DNA from: a virus
Taxonomy: Duplodnaviria > Caudoviricetes
IMG/VR virus record: IMGVR_UViG_3300025267_000079
Location: 1 to 29,500 of that record
Reading direction: 5' to 3' (one strand)
Length of the DNA: 29,500 bases
Below, piece by piece: positions 14,975 to 24,467 of this stretch. Below the pieces are notes generated by a model that worked only from the letters and a program-made list of their open reading frames with translations, had not been told where the DNA came from and searched no databases. The first letter of the stretch is position 1. Each line of letters begins with the position of its first letter. The translations under genes were made by a program, and so were the position numbers.

Positions 14975-17554
14975 TTATCCCTCATTGAAGTTGTTTGCAT
15001 TGGCGTTGTCAGGGGGTATAGGGCCGAATTGGACTGCTTGTTCATTTACCTGTTTTAAAATGTTGGGACGGAAAAGCGCAGATGAATCGTTTTGTCCTAT
15101 AGAAGATATCGAAGCAAAAGTTGCACCATTACCTTCGTCATAAACAAGTTCTGTAACTAAATGATCCTTATCTACCTGAACTAATGGATTCACAACCCTT
15201 ACAACATGTCCAGCACGAAGAGGGACGTAAATACGTATTGGATTACTAACATTTAACGCAGTACCATCACTCGTGTCTGCGGCTGTATTCCCCCCATAAA
15301 CTACCGTAGTGGCTGTGACACTCGAAACATACGCATATCTGGTAATGGTAGTTGAAGTTGCGTTCATTTCACAGATAACATCTCCAACAAGAACCCCGTA
15401 AAGTCGTGCGTCGCCAGTTGTGCCGCCATTATTATCATCAAAAGCATCACTTTGGAAAGTAATAGTTCCATTGACACGACTAGTAATGTCCGCAGCGGCG
15501 GCAGTTATATATGTGTAGGGGTAACCCGATACTTTAAATTCTCCACGCTGAGTACCGGTTCGTGCATCTCGTGATAGAACGGAAACAACTTGTTTTCTTA
15601 ACAGTGCGGGATCAGAACTTGTTGAATTTTTAATTATTTTAGTTTTCTTAAAACCAAATGTTTTAGCTAATCTAGTAGTAGTTCCGCTGTTTGTAATAAC
15701 GGTATTACTTGTAGTTGATCCCGTCAAAGTTTGGTAGGTTTCAGGCATATGAGCATTAAACGTAAGGGCTTCTGTCTCATCACTGTTGCTAAATGGACTA
15801 ACTACAATAAAACCGGGGTCGTCTAAACTTTCAAGACCGCTCCCAGCGATATGGGATTGATATTCAATACGTCCAAATCCTCCCGTCGCTGAATTCATAA
15901 TTTCTGTTTGCCCAAAAGGTTTACCACCCCAATTGTCTGGTTGACCGAACGGATTACGATAAATAACATCACCATCACTATGACTTGCTCCGGATGTTCC
16001 GTATTGATGATCTCTACTACCACCCGTATCGGTGACTGTTATAGTCTGGGCATCCGCATCCCCAGAAGTAGTCCTACCTGCTACTAGCATAATTTCATTA
16101 CCGACTTGAATATAGTCACCGTTGTTTACAACTTGGTCTGATGTAGTAGCCCCAGCGAATGCATCTCCAGTCGAAAAATCATCAATAGGTATAGTGGGTG
16201 TCGTAGCGTTTGTAGCAGTACGTATTTTACCAATTTTTACCAAACCTTCTACAGCGAGTCGCCCATTCGCACTTGTTATATTAAGACGTTCAAATTTTCT
16301 ACGTTTAGGAACCGATGCGCCTCCCGCTACGCCCTTAGCTACATCCCCGGCACCGTCAATTTGGTTACCCCTTTCGGTATATTCTAAGATAACATCTGTA
16401 AATAGTTCATTGGATGCGGTATTGAACGAAAAATCATTTTGCATAAGTTTAGTAAACCCATCAGCAGTAAAAGATGAAGCGGCTGGATATTTAATAGTCA
16501 TTCCGTATGTTTTGGGGGAATCTGGACGAGTTCCACGCTGATAATAATTCCAATGTTGGGCTGGAGCTACGGCAGTGACACTATTAGTTACTACTGCTGG
16601 GTCAACGTGAAAGTCAAACCCAAATTTAGCAGCCCCCGGATTTTTATGAACTGGTTGATTATCGGCGTGTGTTGCTGCTGTCGTGCCTCGCTTCTCCCTA
16701 ACTACGGTTATAGTATTTGAACTAACTGAAGAAACCTCCATAATCTCAGAATCAATTTGAATATAATCCCCCGCAGCAAGGGCTGCTGCCGCATCACCGT
16801 GTCCTAATAACAGGGTATCAACATCTACCCCCGTTTCAGTAGTGTCCAAAGCTTCTGCTAATTGAGCTATCTGATGTGCTTCCTCGTTTTCATCGCTGTG
16901 GGGTTCTTCTGCTGCTAATTGTGCAATTTCGACTAATGCAATTTTATTACCTTTAAATTCTAACTGCCCATCACTGTCCTGACTACGCAACGAGGTAGTT
17001 ACTTTATTTTGTCCATTTGTTGCAATTAGAGAACTATTTACATACAAAACTTCTCCCGCAATAAACTCATTTATCATTGCGCTACGAGTTGTAGAAGAAT
17101 CAAAGGATTTATCGGGCCAACCCGCCGTTCTTGAAATTTTTAATTCTTCAATACTATCTCTAATATCTAATACAATAGATGTTCCGTATCGAAAATCAAA
17201 TTTTTCATCTATATCATATATTTTACCGGCAATTAGAATTGTCCCGTTTTCTGCATCTCTCAAACGTACATTTTGAAAGTCGGTAAATGTCCCAGTAAAT
17301 CTTCCCTTACTTTCGTTCTCAGTTGACGACCCCATTTGCCTAGGGCGATTTATTAATGTAACCTTCGCTCTACGTGAACTCCCAATTGCATCCGATAAGT
17401 GTACTGCCGTTATGGGATTTATATCTGTACCTTGATCAGATGCAATGCTCGCCCAATCGTCTGGGTCGAGAGCCGTTTTCCAATATCTATAATTAGCATT
17501 TGCCCACGTAGTAAGTACGGCATCCCAATATAATAACTCTAATCGTTTCGCCAT
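14975..17554 (-). CDS. Tail tip/baseplate hub-like protein with accessory domains
   Basis: Follows tape measure and distal tail genes; hub-like N-terminus (AKVTLIN..IAGKIYDIDE..LDIRD) and C-terminus (LRAGHVVRVVNP..LVTELVY); two internal GDYIQ(I/V)xxEIM modules. Confidence 0.7.
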   Translation of the reverse strand: MAKRLELLYWDAVLTTWANANYRYWKTALDPDDWASIASDQGTDINPITAVHLSDAIGSSRRAKVTLINRPRQMGSSTENESKGRFTGTFTDFQNVRLRDAENGTILIAGKIYDIDEKFDFRYGTSIVLDIRDSIEELKISRTAGWPDKSFDSSTTRSAMINEFIAGEVLYVNSSLIATNGQNKVTTSLRSQDSDGQLEFKGNKIALVEIAQLAAEEPHSDENEEAHQIAQLAEALDTTETGVDVDTLLLGHGDAAAALAAGDYIQIDSEIMEVSSVSSNTITVVREKRGTTAATHADNQPVHKNPGAAKFGFDFHVDPAVVTNSVTAVAPAQHWNYYQRGTRPDSPKTYGMTIKYPAASSFTADGFTKLMQNDFSFNTASNELFTDVILEYTERGNQIDGAGDVAKGVAGGASVPKRRKFERLNITSANGRLAVEGLVKIGKIRTATNATTPTIPIDDFSTGDAFAGATTSDQVVNNGDYIQVGNEIMLVAGRTTSGDADAQTITVTDTGGSRDHQYGTSGASHSDGDVIYRNPFGQPDNWGGKPFGQTEIMNSATGGFGRIEYQSHIAGSGLESLDDPGFIVVSPFSNSDETEALTFNAHMPETYQTLTGSTTSNTVITNSGTTTRLAKTFGFKKTKIIKNSTSSDPALLRKQVVSVLSRDARTGTQRGEFKVSGYPYTYITAAAADITSRVNGTITFQSDAFDDNNGGTTGDARLYGVLVGDVICEMNATSTTITRYAYVSSVTATTVVYGGNTAADTSDGTALNVSNPIRIYVPLRAGHVVRVVNPLVQVDKDHLVTELVYDEGNGATFASISSIGQNDSSALFRPNILKQVNEQAVQFGPIPPDNANANNFNEG

Positions 17555-18126
17555 TATATTAAGTCCGCCTGATCAATCCAATCCTGTCTTGCCCCGGAAA
17601 CAAATTGCATAGAGAAATCATAACGATCCTCACGAGATGGATTTAACTGGAACCTAGCCATTTGGATAGCTACCCTATAAACCGCCCCACCAGTCCAACT
17701 TGCGGGGAGTAATAAATCACCATCAGAATTATAAGCATTGGAGCTAGCATCTGTTGGGAAAGTAGTGTCCCCAACTTCAAGTTCTATCTGTCCTGTGGTT
17801 GAGTCCGAAGCAATCCAGTTATATACAACATTTTCTAACCAGTTCTTAAACGGTATGTAGTATGTTTGACCATTTATTGAAATAGAGGAGGGGGTGGGTT
17901 GAACTGTATCAATAACCCCATTTAGACTAATACTGGGTCGAAAGATTCCTAAGTCAATAAGTTCCGGTGAAGCTTCAGGAATGGGTACCTGAATAGGTGT
18001 TTTACTATATGATATTGCAAAAGAATCTGCTTTCAATGCAAAACGTAAGCTAGCACTCGCATGTACCCCATTACGTAGTAAAATGGATAAGTCTTGAGTA
18101 GTATTTTTAGCTGATGTATACGCCAT
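17554..18126 (-). CDS. Distal tail (Dit-like) protein
   Basis: 190 aa beta-rich protein directly after the tape measure gene; PIP..IDLG..SISLNG..YDFSMQF pattern. Confidence 0.6.
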   Translation of the reverse strand: MAYTSAKNTTQDLSILLRNGVHASASLRFALKADSFAISYSKTPIQVPIPEASPELIDLGIFRPSISLNGVIDTVQPTPSSISINGQTYYIPFKNWLENVVYNWIASDSTTGQIELEVGDTTFPTDASSNAYNSDGDLLLPASWTGGAVYRVAIQMARFQLNPSREDRYDFSMQFVSGARQDWIDQADLI

Positions 18127-18135
18127 GTTGTTTCC

Positions 18136-19872
18136 TTATGTCTGATAATCTAAAGCTTGGTGTGTCAGATTCGTTGCAGTCACTCTGCCCTGTTCGTTTT
18201 GCATACTAACTTTAGTTTGTTCGTCTGGGCCACCCATTTCAACCTTTAGGACTTTATGTTCGTAGGCCATTAAACCTACTTCTCCCGCAATGGCTGCTGC
18301 TATTCCTGCTGGGCCTCCCACAAAACCCGCTCCAGTTTGTACAGCAGTATAAGCAAGGCCCGCCCCTATAGTTTTAGCGTTCCAACCGTATTTCCGACCA
18401 ATTCTCTGGGTTTCGTAAATTCCTGCGGCTAGCCCAATAGCTGAACCAAAGATAGGGATTGACATGCCCGCTGCCTGTAAACCAGCCTTACCCCCAATTT
18501 TAGCAACGCCCTTACCTACTGTCCCTTTAGCCGCACCGATTATTTTACCTACCGCCCCACCACTTTTAAACATGCCTGTTAAGCCCTTTACCATCCCTTT
18601 TATGCCAGAAAATATTGGTAAATCTGCTATTTTCTTGATAATTTCAAAGGGTTTCTTCAGGACAGCTTCTAATACTTTACCTGCTTTCTCTAGAAGCATC
18701 TGTGGCAAACCTTTAAGGAATACCCACGCATTATCAGCGAACTTCCCAGCTTTTCCGATCCATTTCTGAGCGAAGTCGCCCATTGTTGCAATTGGCCCTT
18801 TAAGGAATGTCCAAACCTTAGAGAAAAGCCCTTTTACGAAACTTATAGGCCCCTTAAAGAAATTCAAAAGGCTTTTAAGTGGCCCTTTAAACCATCCCCA
18901 AATCTTAGTACCAAATCCCTTTAAGGTATTCAGAGGCCCCTTCAAAAGTCCCCATATAAACCTACCTGCTACTTTAAAGGGGGCTGCTAGCCATTTTACC
19001 ATTAACCTAAGAGCTTGTTTATTTCCTTTAAAGAGGTGGGAAGCTAGGTTTTTTATAGCGTTCTTTAAGAAAGTACCCACAGTAGAAAAAAATCCCTTTA
19101 ATCTAGAACCCAACTTAGCAAAATTAGTTTTTATACTATTCCAAAAACTTTTAATCTGGATACCGATCTTTTTCACAAAGGTTACAAGTGACTTAACGCC
19201 GGGGATTTTATACATTAGAGCTTTGAAACCGCTCCCTAACCACTTTATAAACCTCCAAATTTGACCTTTAATGTGTTGGCCTATCGTTTTAGCTCCCTTT
19301 TTGCCCGCTTCTTTAGCTGCTACTTTAGCTACCTCTCCCGCCGCTTTTTGTCCAACCTTTAATTTAAGGAACCACGTAGCAAACTTCCAAATCCCGGTAA
19401 ATTTTGAAAACAGAAGTACGGTAAGAACCCCGCCAAGTACTTGAGCTAATGCGGTGCCATCCCCCCCTTGTAACCAGCTAGGGGCATTCTCTTTCCACCA
19501 ATTACCAATAGCTGATCCCACCATTATTATAAAATTGGCAATAGCACCGGCAGTTTTTCGGACTCCCGGCATCATTTTAGCTAAGAATTTAAGTACTGGA
19601 ATAAATATAGGCATTAACGGAGCGAGCATTAGGTCTATCATACCACCAACAATTTGGAATATAGACCCCGCAAAACTCGTAAATAACTGGGATTGTTTTA
19701 ATAGCGACGAAACACCAAATTGAATTCCAGCACTCTTTAGGCCACCCTTGGTGGCATCTTTCATTTTGTCAAAGAAACTTTTAGGTTGCTCCTCTGGCTT
19801 ACCGTCTTTACCATTTGCTCCTGCGCCAGCCGCTGAACCTGCATTTTCAATTTTTACGATAAGTTCTTCCAT
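18136..19872 (-). CDS. Tape measure protein
   Basis: Gly/Ala/Lys-rich amphipathic protein with periodic W/F and KGP repeats and hydrophobic segments; follows the frameshifted chaperone pair. Confidence 0.85.
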   Translation of the reverse strand: MEELIVKIENAGSAAGAGANGKDGKPEEQPKSFFDKMKDATKGGLKSAGIQFGVSSLLKQSQLFTSFAGSIFQIVGGMIDLMLAPLMPIFIPVLKFLAKMMPGVRKTAGAIANFIIMVGSAIGNWWKENAPSWLQGGDGTALAQVLGGVLTVLLFSKFTGIWKFATWFLKLKVGQKAAGEVAKVAAKEAGKKGAKTIGQHIKGQIWRFIKWLGSGFKALMYKIPGVKSLVTFVKKIGIQIKSFWNSIKTNFAKLGSRLKGFFSTVGTFLKNAIKNLASHLFKGNKQALRLMVKWLAAPFKVAGRFIWGLLKGPLNTLKGFGTKIWGWFKGPLKSLLNFFKGPISFVKGLFSKVWTFLKGPIATMGDFAQKWIGKAGKFADNAWVFLKGLPQMLLEKAGKVLEAVLKKPFEIIKKIADLPIFSGIKGMVKGLTGMFKSGGAVGKIIGAAKGTVGKGVAKIGGKAGLQAAGMSIPIFGSAIGLAAGIYETQRIGRKYGWNAKTIGAGLAYTAVQTGAGFVGGPAGIAAAIAGEVGLMAYEHKVLKVEMGGPDEQTKVSMQNEQGRVTATNLTHQALDYQT

Positions 19873-20120
19873 TAAAAGCCCTTCATAGCATTATGATTCA
19901 TACGTTTATCTAAATCGTCTTGATCTCGTTGTTTCTTTTCTTGGAGTGCCGCTAACACTCCTATAACTTTAGACATTTCTTCTACTGATAACGAATGAAT
20001 TACATCCCATGGAATTCCTTTTTCTAATAAGTGTACTGTAACGACCCAATATTCAAAATCAATATTATCAGTTGGAAGACTATTCCTTCCTGTTACCCCC
20101 GATAAAAACGCTAAACATCT
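19872..20120 (-). CDS. -1 frameshift extension of the tail assembly chaperone (lambda gpGT-like)
   Basis: The -1 frame is open from the slippery site for 82 aa (RCLAFLSGVTGRNSLPTDNIDFEYWVVTVHLLEKGIPWDVIHSLSVEEMSKVIGVLAALQEKKQRDQDDLDKRMNHNAMKGF*) and ends in a TAATG overlap with the tape measure start. Confidence 0.82.
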   Translation of the reverse strand, partial: RCLAFLSGVTGRNSLPTDNIDFEYWVVTVHLLEKGIPWDVIHSLSVEEMSKVIGVLAALQEKKQRDQDDLDKRMNHNAMKGF

Positions 20121-20494
20121 TTTTTTATTTCGTCAGTATCTTCTTCTGATCCGTCCCCTACATTAGGTACAAGAGTTTCGAGAGCAGCCCCCAACCTAGC
20201 ATCAATTGAAAGTAAGAAAGATTCTGTAGTTCTCCCCCATGGAGCTTCTACAATCATATCTCGTAAACAAGCTCTAACAAATACATCCCCATCAAAGGAT
20301 GTTTGTCCCGCCGTACCCCACGTAATAGCTTTAGACATTATTTGATTTCGTCTAGCCCACGTAAGAGGTTTAATTTTTATATTAAATTCCTCCTCCGTTT
20401 CCTCTATTTTCAATGTCCGATCTTCTATTGAATGGGCATCTACTTGATATTTACTAACATCAAACGTCTTTGCTTCGCTAGTTTCTGTTGTCAT
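20111..20494 (-). CDS. Tail assembly chaperone (gpG-like)
   Basis: Acidic 127 aa protein between major tail protein and tape measure; ends EIKK at the slippery site; GGAGG RBS. Confidence 0.82.
   Translation of the reverse strand: MTTETSEAKTFDVSKYQVDAHSIEDRTLKIEETEEEFNIKIKPLTWARRNQIMSKAITWGTAGQTSFDGDVFVRACLRDMIVEAPWGRTTESFLLSIDARLGAALETLVPNVGDGSEEDTDEIKKDV
20120..20126 (-). other. Programmed -1 ribosomal frameshift slippery heptamer A AAA AAA
   Basis: GAA ATA AAA AAA GAT GTT TAG at the end of the chaperone gene; XXXYYYZ in the correct phase. Confidence 0.8.
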
Positions 20495-20503
20495 ACTATC
20501 CTC

Positions 20504-22264
20504 CTATGGATAAAATGGTTCGCTATCCTTAATTTGTATCTTCATATTTCTGAACAAGATATCTGCCTCTACTTGAAGGGGGTTGTCCCCACTAATTGTA
20601 TGGGGGGCAGAACGTATGAATGCTCCTTGTTGTCCACCCCCTGCGGCTGCACCAGTAGATTCATCCCCTGATGTATAATCATCTGGAATTAAAATCTGAA
20701 TAGTATCATTAGAACCCCTAGTAAAAGTTAATTCTACATTAAAACCTGACATACTGGAGGAAGTCGTACCATAATCACCCTCTAAAAGAAGCTCTGTAAA
20801 CAACTTGCGGGCTGTATCCGTCGCAGCAACCGTTGAATCTGGTAATACAACTGATGCAGACATGGAATATTCGCGGTTATTTTCCCTGATTTCCGATGGG
20901 CCACGATGCCTATTTGTACCTTTTCCTTGTCCACCAATGTAATATCTGGGTTCCTCATTGTTAGCTATTGAAAGACTAAAGCTTCTAAGCCTAGCAAACT
21001 CGACACCAAACATCGTTAAAGAACCTTGGGAGAAGTAATACGGGTCTGTTGAGGGGAAGCCCTTCGCAGTATAATCAGTCACCGTTAAGTCCCCAGCAGG
21101 TACCCCAATATCAGTTGAAGCTATACTCTGCATAAGTGCGTAACCGGGCAATGCTGTACTTCCACTACCATATGAAGAATGGAATTTCTGGTTATGTACC
21201 ATGTCTTGGAAGTTAATTCCATCCCAAGACGTTGTAAGTAATCCACCTTCATCAGCAGTAAGTGTCATTGACCCTACATGCCCACCAAAATACCTTCTGT
21301 CGAAATCATTAGCTAAAGTTTCTCCACTATCTCGCATATGGACATGCCACGAAATAGTATCTAAATCAACAGTTTCAAAAATATTATGCAGGTAATAAGT
21401 TTGATCATTGGCGAATGATTTAACTTGTGTAGTCCCACTACCTGCTGCTGTATGATCAAATTGCAATGGGTAGTTAAGGGTGAGATATGTACTTGCTCCT
21501 GTTCCAGATAGAGCAGTAATACGGCGTATTTCACTTGTATCTGTAGAGACGGAAGAGGTGGAGTGTTCAAGCACAATCGTAGTTCCCACTGACAAGCCCG
21601 TCTCTGAGTTTACATTTAGATAAATATCTCCCTTTTTAGAACTTGTTTTTACATATGTTCTATTCGTAATGGTTCCACCAACTGGATTTGATGTTACTTT
21701 GCCAATGGGGTATCGTAGAGGCCATCCGTTTAATAATACGAACCCTCCTAATGAACCAGAAAAGGTTTGCTGACCCTTATAGGCAACGAAGAAGTTACGT
21801 CTTTGATTCGTACCTAATAAGTATCTCCCCTCGATAGCCTCTTCAGGGTCTGGTACTTCTACAGTTTCGTATACGCCCGGAACCCATGTTATAAGTTTTT
21901 CTTTATTAGCGGCAGTTACGGCAGTTACAACTTGAATATTTGTGTTATCCGCATGGAAAAAAGCAGTTGGAGCATCTAGAGTTAAACCTGTGGTGCCATC
22001 TACATACTCTACCCTACGTACTTCCGATTCTCGCACGGTACCGCTTCCTGCCACTTCTGGGCCAATTTGGATATATTCTCCATCGGTTAATCCACTTAAA
22101 GCGTCAACCGTTACTTGTCTTGACCCAGCAGGTAATCCAGCAGACATATTAATTACAGCCGTCCCACTACCATCAGATACGCCTGATGCTAACTCTGGGT
22201 AGCCGCCATGCCCGCCTTCCGTGGCGAATGTAAGTTGTGCTTGATCCGAACGATATACTGCCAT
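20504..22264 (-). CDS. Major tail (tube) protein with two inserted accessory domains
   Basis: Tube-like motifs (VGSMTLTA..GLLTTSWD, PYYFSQGSL, LRSFSLSIANNEEPRYYIG, REYSMSASV); located after the terminator and before the chaperone; AAGGAG RBS. Confidence 0.8.
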   Translation of the reverse strand: MAVYRSDQAQLTFATEGGHGGYPELASGVSDGSGTAVINMSAGLPAGSRQVTVDALSGLTDGEYIQIGPEVAGSGTVRESEVRRVEYVDGTTGLTLDAPTAFFHADNTNIQVVTAVTAANKEKLITWVPGVYETVEVPDPEEAIEGRYLLGTNQRRNFFVAYKGQQTFSGSLGGFVLLNGWPLRYPIGKVTSNPVGGTITNRTYVKTSSKKGDIYLNVNSETGLSVGTTIVLEHSTSSVSTDTSEIRRITALSGTGASTYLTLNYPLQFDHTAAGSGTTQVKSFANDQTYYLHNIFETVDLDTISWHVHMRDSGETLANDFDRRYFGGHVGSMTLTADEGGLLTTSWDGINFQDMVHNQKFHSSYGSGSTALPGYALMQSIASTDIGVPAGDLTVTDYTAKGFPSTDPYYFSQGSLTMFGVEFARLRSFSLSIANNEEPRYYIGGQGKGTNRHRGPSEIRENNREYSMSASVVLPDSTVAATDTARKLFTELLLEGDYGTTSSSMSGFNVELTFTRGSNDTIQILIPDDYTSGDESTGAAAGGGQQGAFIRSAPHTISGDNPLQVEADILFRNMKIQIKDSEPFYP

Positions 22265-22297
22265 TATTAATACTCCTTAAGGTTTAATACCTGTCTT

Positions 22298-22306
22298 ATT
22301 ATACTC
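22298..22306 (-). promoter_or_regulatory. GAGTATAAT motif (-10-like) upstream of the major tail gene
   Basis: Consensus TATAAT in an intergenic gap; the identical 9-mer occurs at 24468-24476. Confidence 0.5.
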
Positions 22307-22313
22307 AAAAACA

Positions 22314-22745
22314 TTAAGTTTCCAGCAAAACACCGTTATTTACTAGTTGTATTTGAGAATTCCCCATCCACACATTCACCGTATCGGATGTCATCTCATT
22401 AAAATTAATAAATTGAATTCGTTGAAAATTAGTTAAGCTATGCATTCTTGCGTGGCAAATGCGCCGAATCTCTTGCATTAGATTAAATAATCTTTGCCTT
22501 TCTCTTAATGTCCAAATTTCTAAATCAACTGTATATTCTCTATTACCGTATGTCCAATTCCCAATAGGGGTTTCAGTAAATGAAGAATTTCTAGCTACAA
22601 TTGCATCCCCCGCATTTAGATCGAATCGCAACGGTTCTCCATTCCCAGTTACAACAACTAGATTTGGTTTAGCTACATTATCAGTATCCCATTGAGTATT
22701 GAAGTCCGTCAGCAAGTCATCTGCTGGCATAGGTTCATTTGCCAT
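22314..22745 (-). CDS. Tail terminator/completion protein
   Basis: 143 aa directly upstream of the tail tube gene; beta-alpha-beta pattern YTVDLEIWT..RLFNLMQEIRRI. Confidence 0.65.
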   Translation of the reverse strand: MANEPMPADDLLTDFNTQWDTDNVAKPNLVVVTGNGEPLRFDLNAGDAIVARNSSFTETPIGNWTYGNREYTVDLEIWTLRERQRLFNLMQEIRRICHARMHSLTNFQRIQFINFNEMTSDTVNVWMGNSQIQLVNNGVLLET

Positions 22746-23881
22746 TAGAAGGTCTCAAATGCCCTTAAGCTGTCCAAGCGTTCCTCTACTTCCGTTGACC
22801 ACCCGTCAATTTTCTGGGGTAATTGTACTCTATCCATACCACTTACCGCTAAATTACCAAAATCTGAATCTCGTAACACATCAATTGCAGCTAATTTTCT
22901 AGCCATATCAAACGCAATGCCCCCCTCTCTGGAGTCTGTGGCGATATCTTTGCCGTACATATAGGATATCTTTACCGGCATAGTGAACTCTCCACCACCC
23001 CACCTCCATACAGGAGCGTTGTAGGATGTAAATCGTGCAGGGAGTAAGAAGTATCTAGAATATTGAATCATATTTGTATCAGGAACAAAGAAATAATCAT
23101 TCTTTCTTCCTTGTGTTTTAGAATCCCAGCTAGCACCACTCCAAACTTTTAAATCAAATATCTTAAATCCATTTGCCTTATCTAAGTGGAAGCCGTTTAG
23201 ATTAAATTCATGATATTCTTCATGTATGAAATTAGGTCGCCAAGACTTTCTGGTTACAAAATCTATATGAGACTGTGCTGTTTCAATGTATTGTTCTACC
23301 GTCGCTTTAGTAGGTGTAGTTGAGGTAGTGAAATCCGATCCACTTCCATCGGTAGTTGAAACATTTTTTAATTGTAAAAGATTGAAAACATCTTGAGTTG
23401 AACAGTACGCCGCTAAAGGACGTTTACGGATGCTCCTAAGTGAAGGAGCGGTACTTACTGAAGTTGTCGAAGTACATCTTACCCAATATTTTGTGGCACT
23501 GTTTACCGCAACGGTAGCCCAATCTGACATCCGCCCCGATGGAAATTGCTCTGCCCCATCCTTAGAAAAATCATACATAGTGTCTGGGCTATCATCAGGG
23601 TCGGTATAATAAGTAGCAGATAACGGAGTAAATACTGCCCACGTAGAACCGTTGTAGTATTCCCATATTAAGGCACCTAAACTACCAGCAGTATCTACAT
23701 CAAAGATAGCCATATCAAAACGACTAGCATCCCCAAGATACAAAATATCATTCGTATCTGCTAAAATAGTTGCGGAAGTTCCCGCAGGGGATTGCATTTC
23801 TAATGTTATGTTTGTATACGTGCTGCTACCATCAAAAGCAAAAACTGTATCAAAATATTGATTGGTTGCACTAGTAGGCAT
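22745..23881 (-). CDS. Head-tail adaptor with N-terminal extra beta domain
   Basis: From ~aa 158: AYCSTQDV..TVEQYIETAQSHIDFVTRKSW..VKISYMYG..MARKLAA, typical of gp6/gp15-type connectors; N-terminal WEYYNGSTW..KYWVR domain. Confidence 0.7.
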   Translation of the reverse strand: MPTSATNQYFDTVFAFDGSSTYTNITLEMQSPAGTSATILADTNDILYLGDASRFDMAIFDVDTAGSLGALIWEYYNGSTWAVFTPLSATYYTDPDDSPDTMYDFSKDGAEQFPSGRMSDWATVAVNSATKYWVRCTSTTSVSTAPSLRSIRKRPLAAYCSTQDVFNLLQLKNVSTTDGSGSDFTTSTTPTKATVEQYIETAQSHIDFVTRKSWRPNFIHEEYHEFNLNGFHLDKANGFKIFDLKVWSGASWDSKTQGRKNDYFFVPDTNMIQYSRYFLLPARFTSYNAPVWRWGGGEFTMPVKISYMYGKDIATDSREGGIAFDMARKLAAIDVLRDSDFGNLAVSGMDRVQLPQKIDGWSTEVEERLDSLRAFETF

Positions 23882-24108
23882 TATTCCTCCTGTATTGGAG
23901 TTGTTTTAGTTTCCTCTTCTTCTGGTTGGAACTGTTCTTCTACTTCTTCTGGTTGCTTTCCTCTTAAGTACATAGCTACACCATTCAAATTTTGAATCTG
24001 TTGTGCTAGCTGCCCTCGTTGTTGATCTAGTCCTTGTATTTCAGTAACCAATGTTTGTAGTTGGCCCTCAACAGTTTCTAAATCTTTACTTACATCTATA
24101 TCTGCCAT
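23881..24108 (-). CDS. Small coiled-coil protein
   Basis: Heptad pattern LETVEGQLQTLVTEIQGLDQQRGQLAQQIQNL; acidic tail; AAGGAG RBS. Confidence 0.7.
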   Translation of the reverse strand: MADIDVSKDLETVEGQLQTLVTEIQGLDQQRGQLAQQIQNLNGVAMYLRGKQPEEVEEQFQPEEEETKTTPIQEE

Positions 24109-24110
24109 TT

Positions 24111-24434
24111 TTACTCCTTACCCCATTCTGGGTCTGCTTCTCGTGCTTTTTTATAAAAATCCGCATTTTCAAGAAATTCCTTTAGATAATATCTACGTAT
24201 ATTTGTAACTTCTTTTACCACCGGATTCCATTTATTTAGTTTTTCTACTTTAGCTCTATCAGTTGGGTGTTCATACAACCACGCTGATAGCTCCTCGTAT
24301 ACCTTGTCATCAATCTGTTCGTGCCATTCCGCATACGTTAGTAACGCTAACCATGCTGCTGGCTCTGATTCTGGTCTTAGTTCTATTACAGGTTCACCTT
24401 GAACCATCTTGATTTTTATAGCCGATTTAGCCAT
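24111..24434 (-). CDS. Hypothetical protein
   Basis: 107 aa ORF with AGGAG RBS downstream of a promoter. Confidence 0.7.
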   Translation of the reverse strand: MAKSAIKIKMVQGEPVIELRPESEPAAWLALLTYAEWHEQIDDKVYEELSAWLYEHPTDRAKVEKLNKWNPVVKEVTNIRRYYLKEFLENADFYKKAREADPEWGKE

Positions 24435-24467
24435 ACTTTTCTCCTATACTAAGCTTTATCTCTATTC

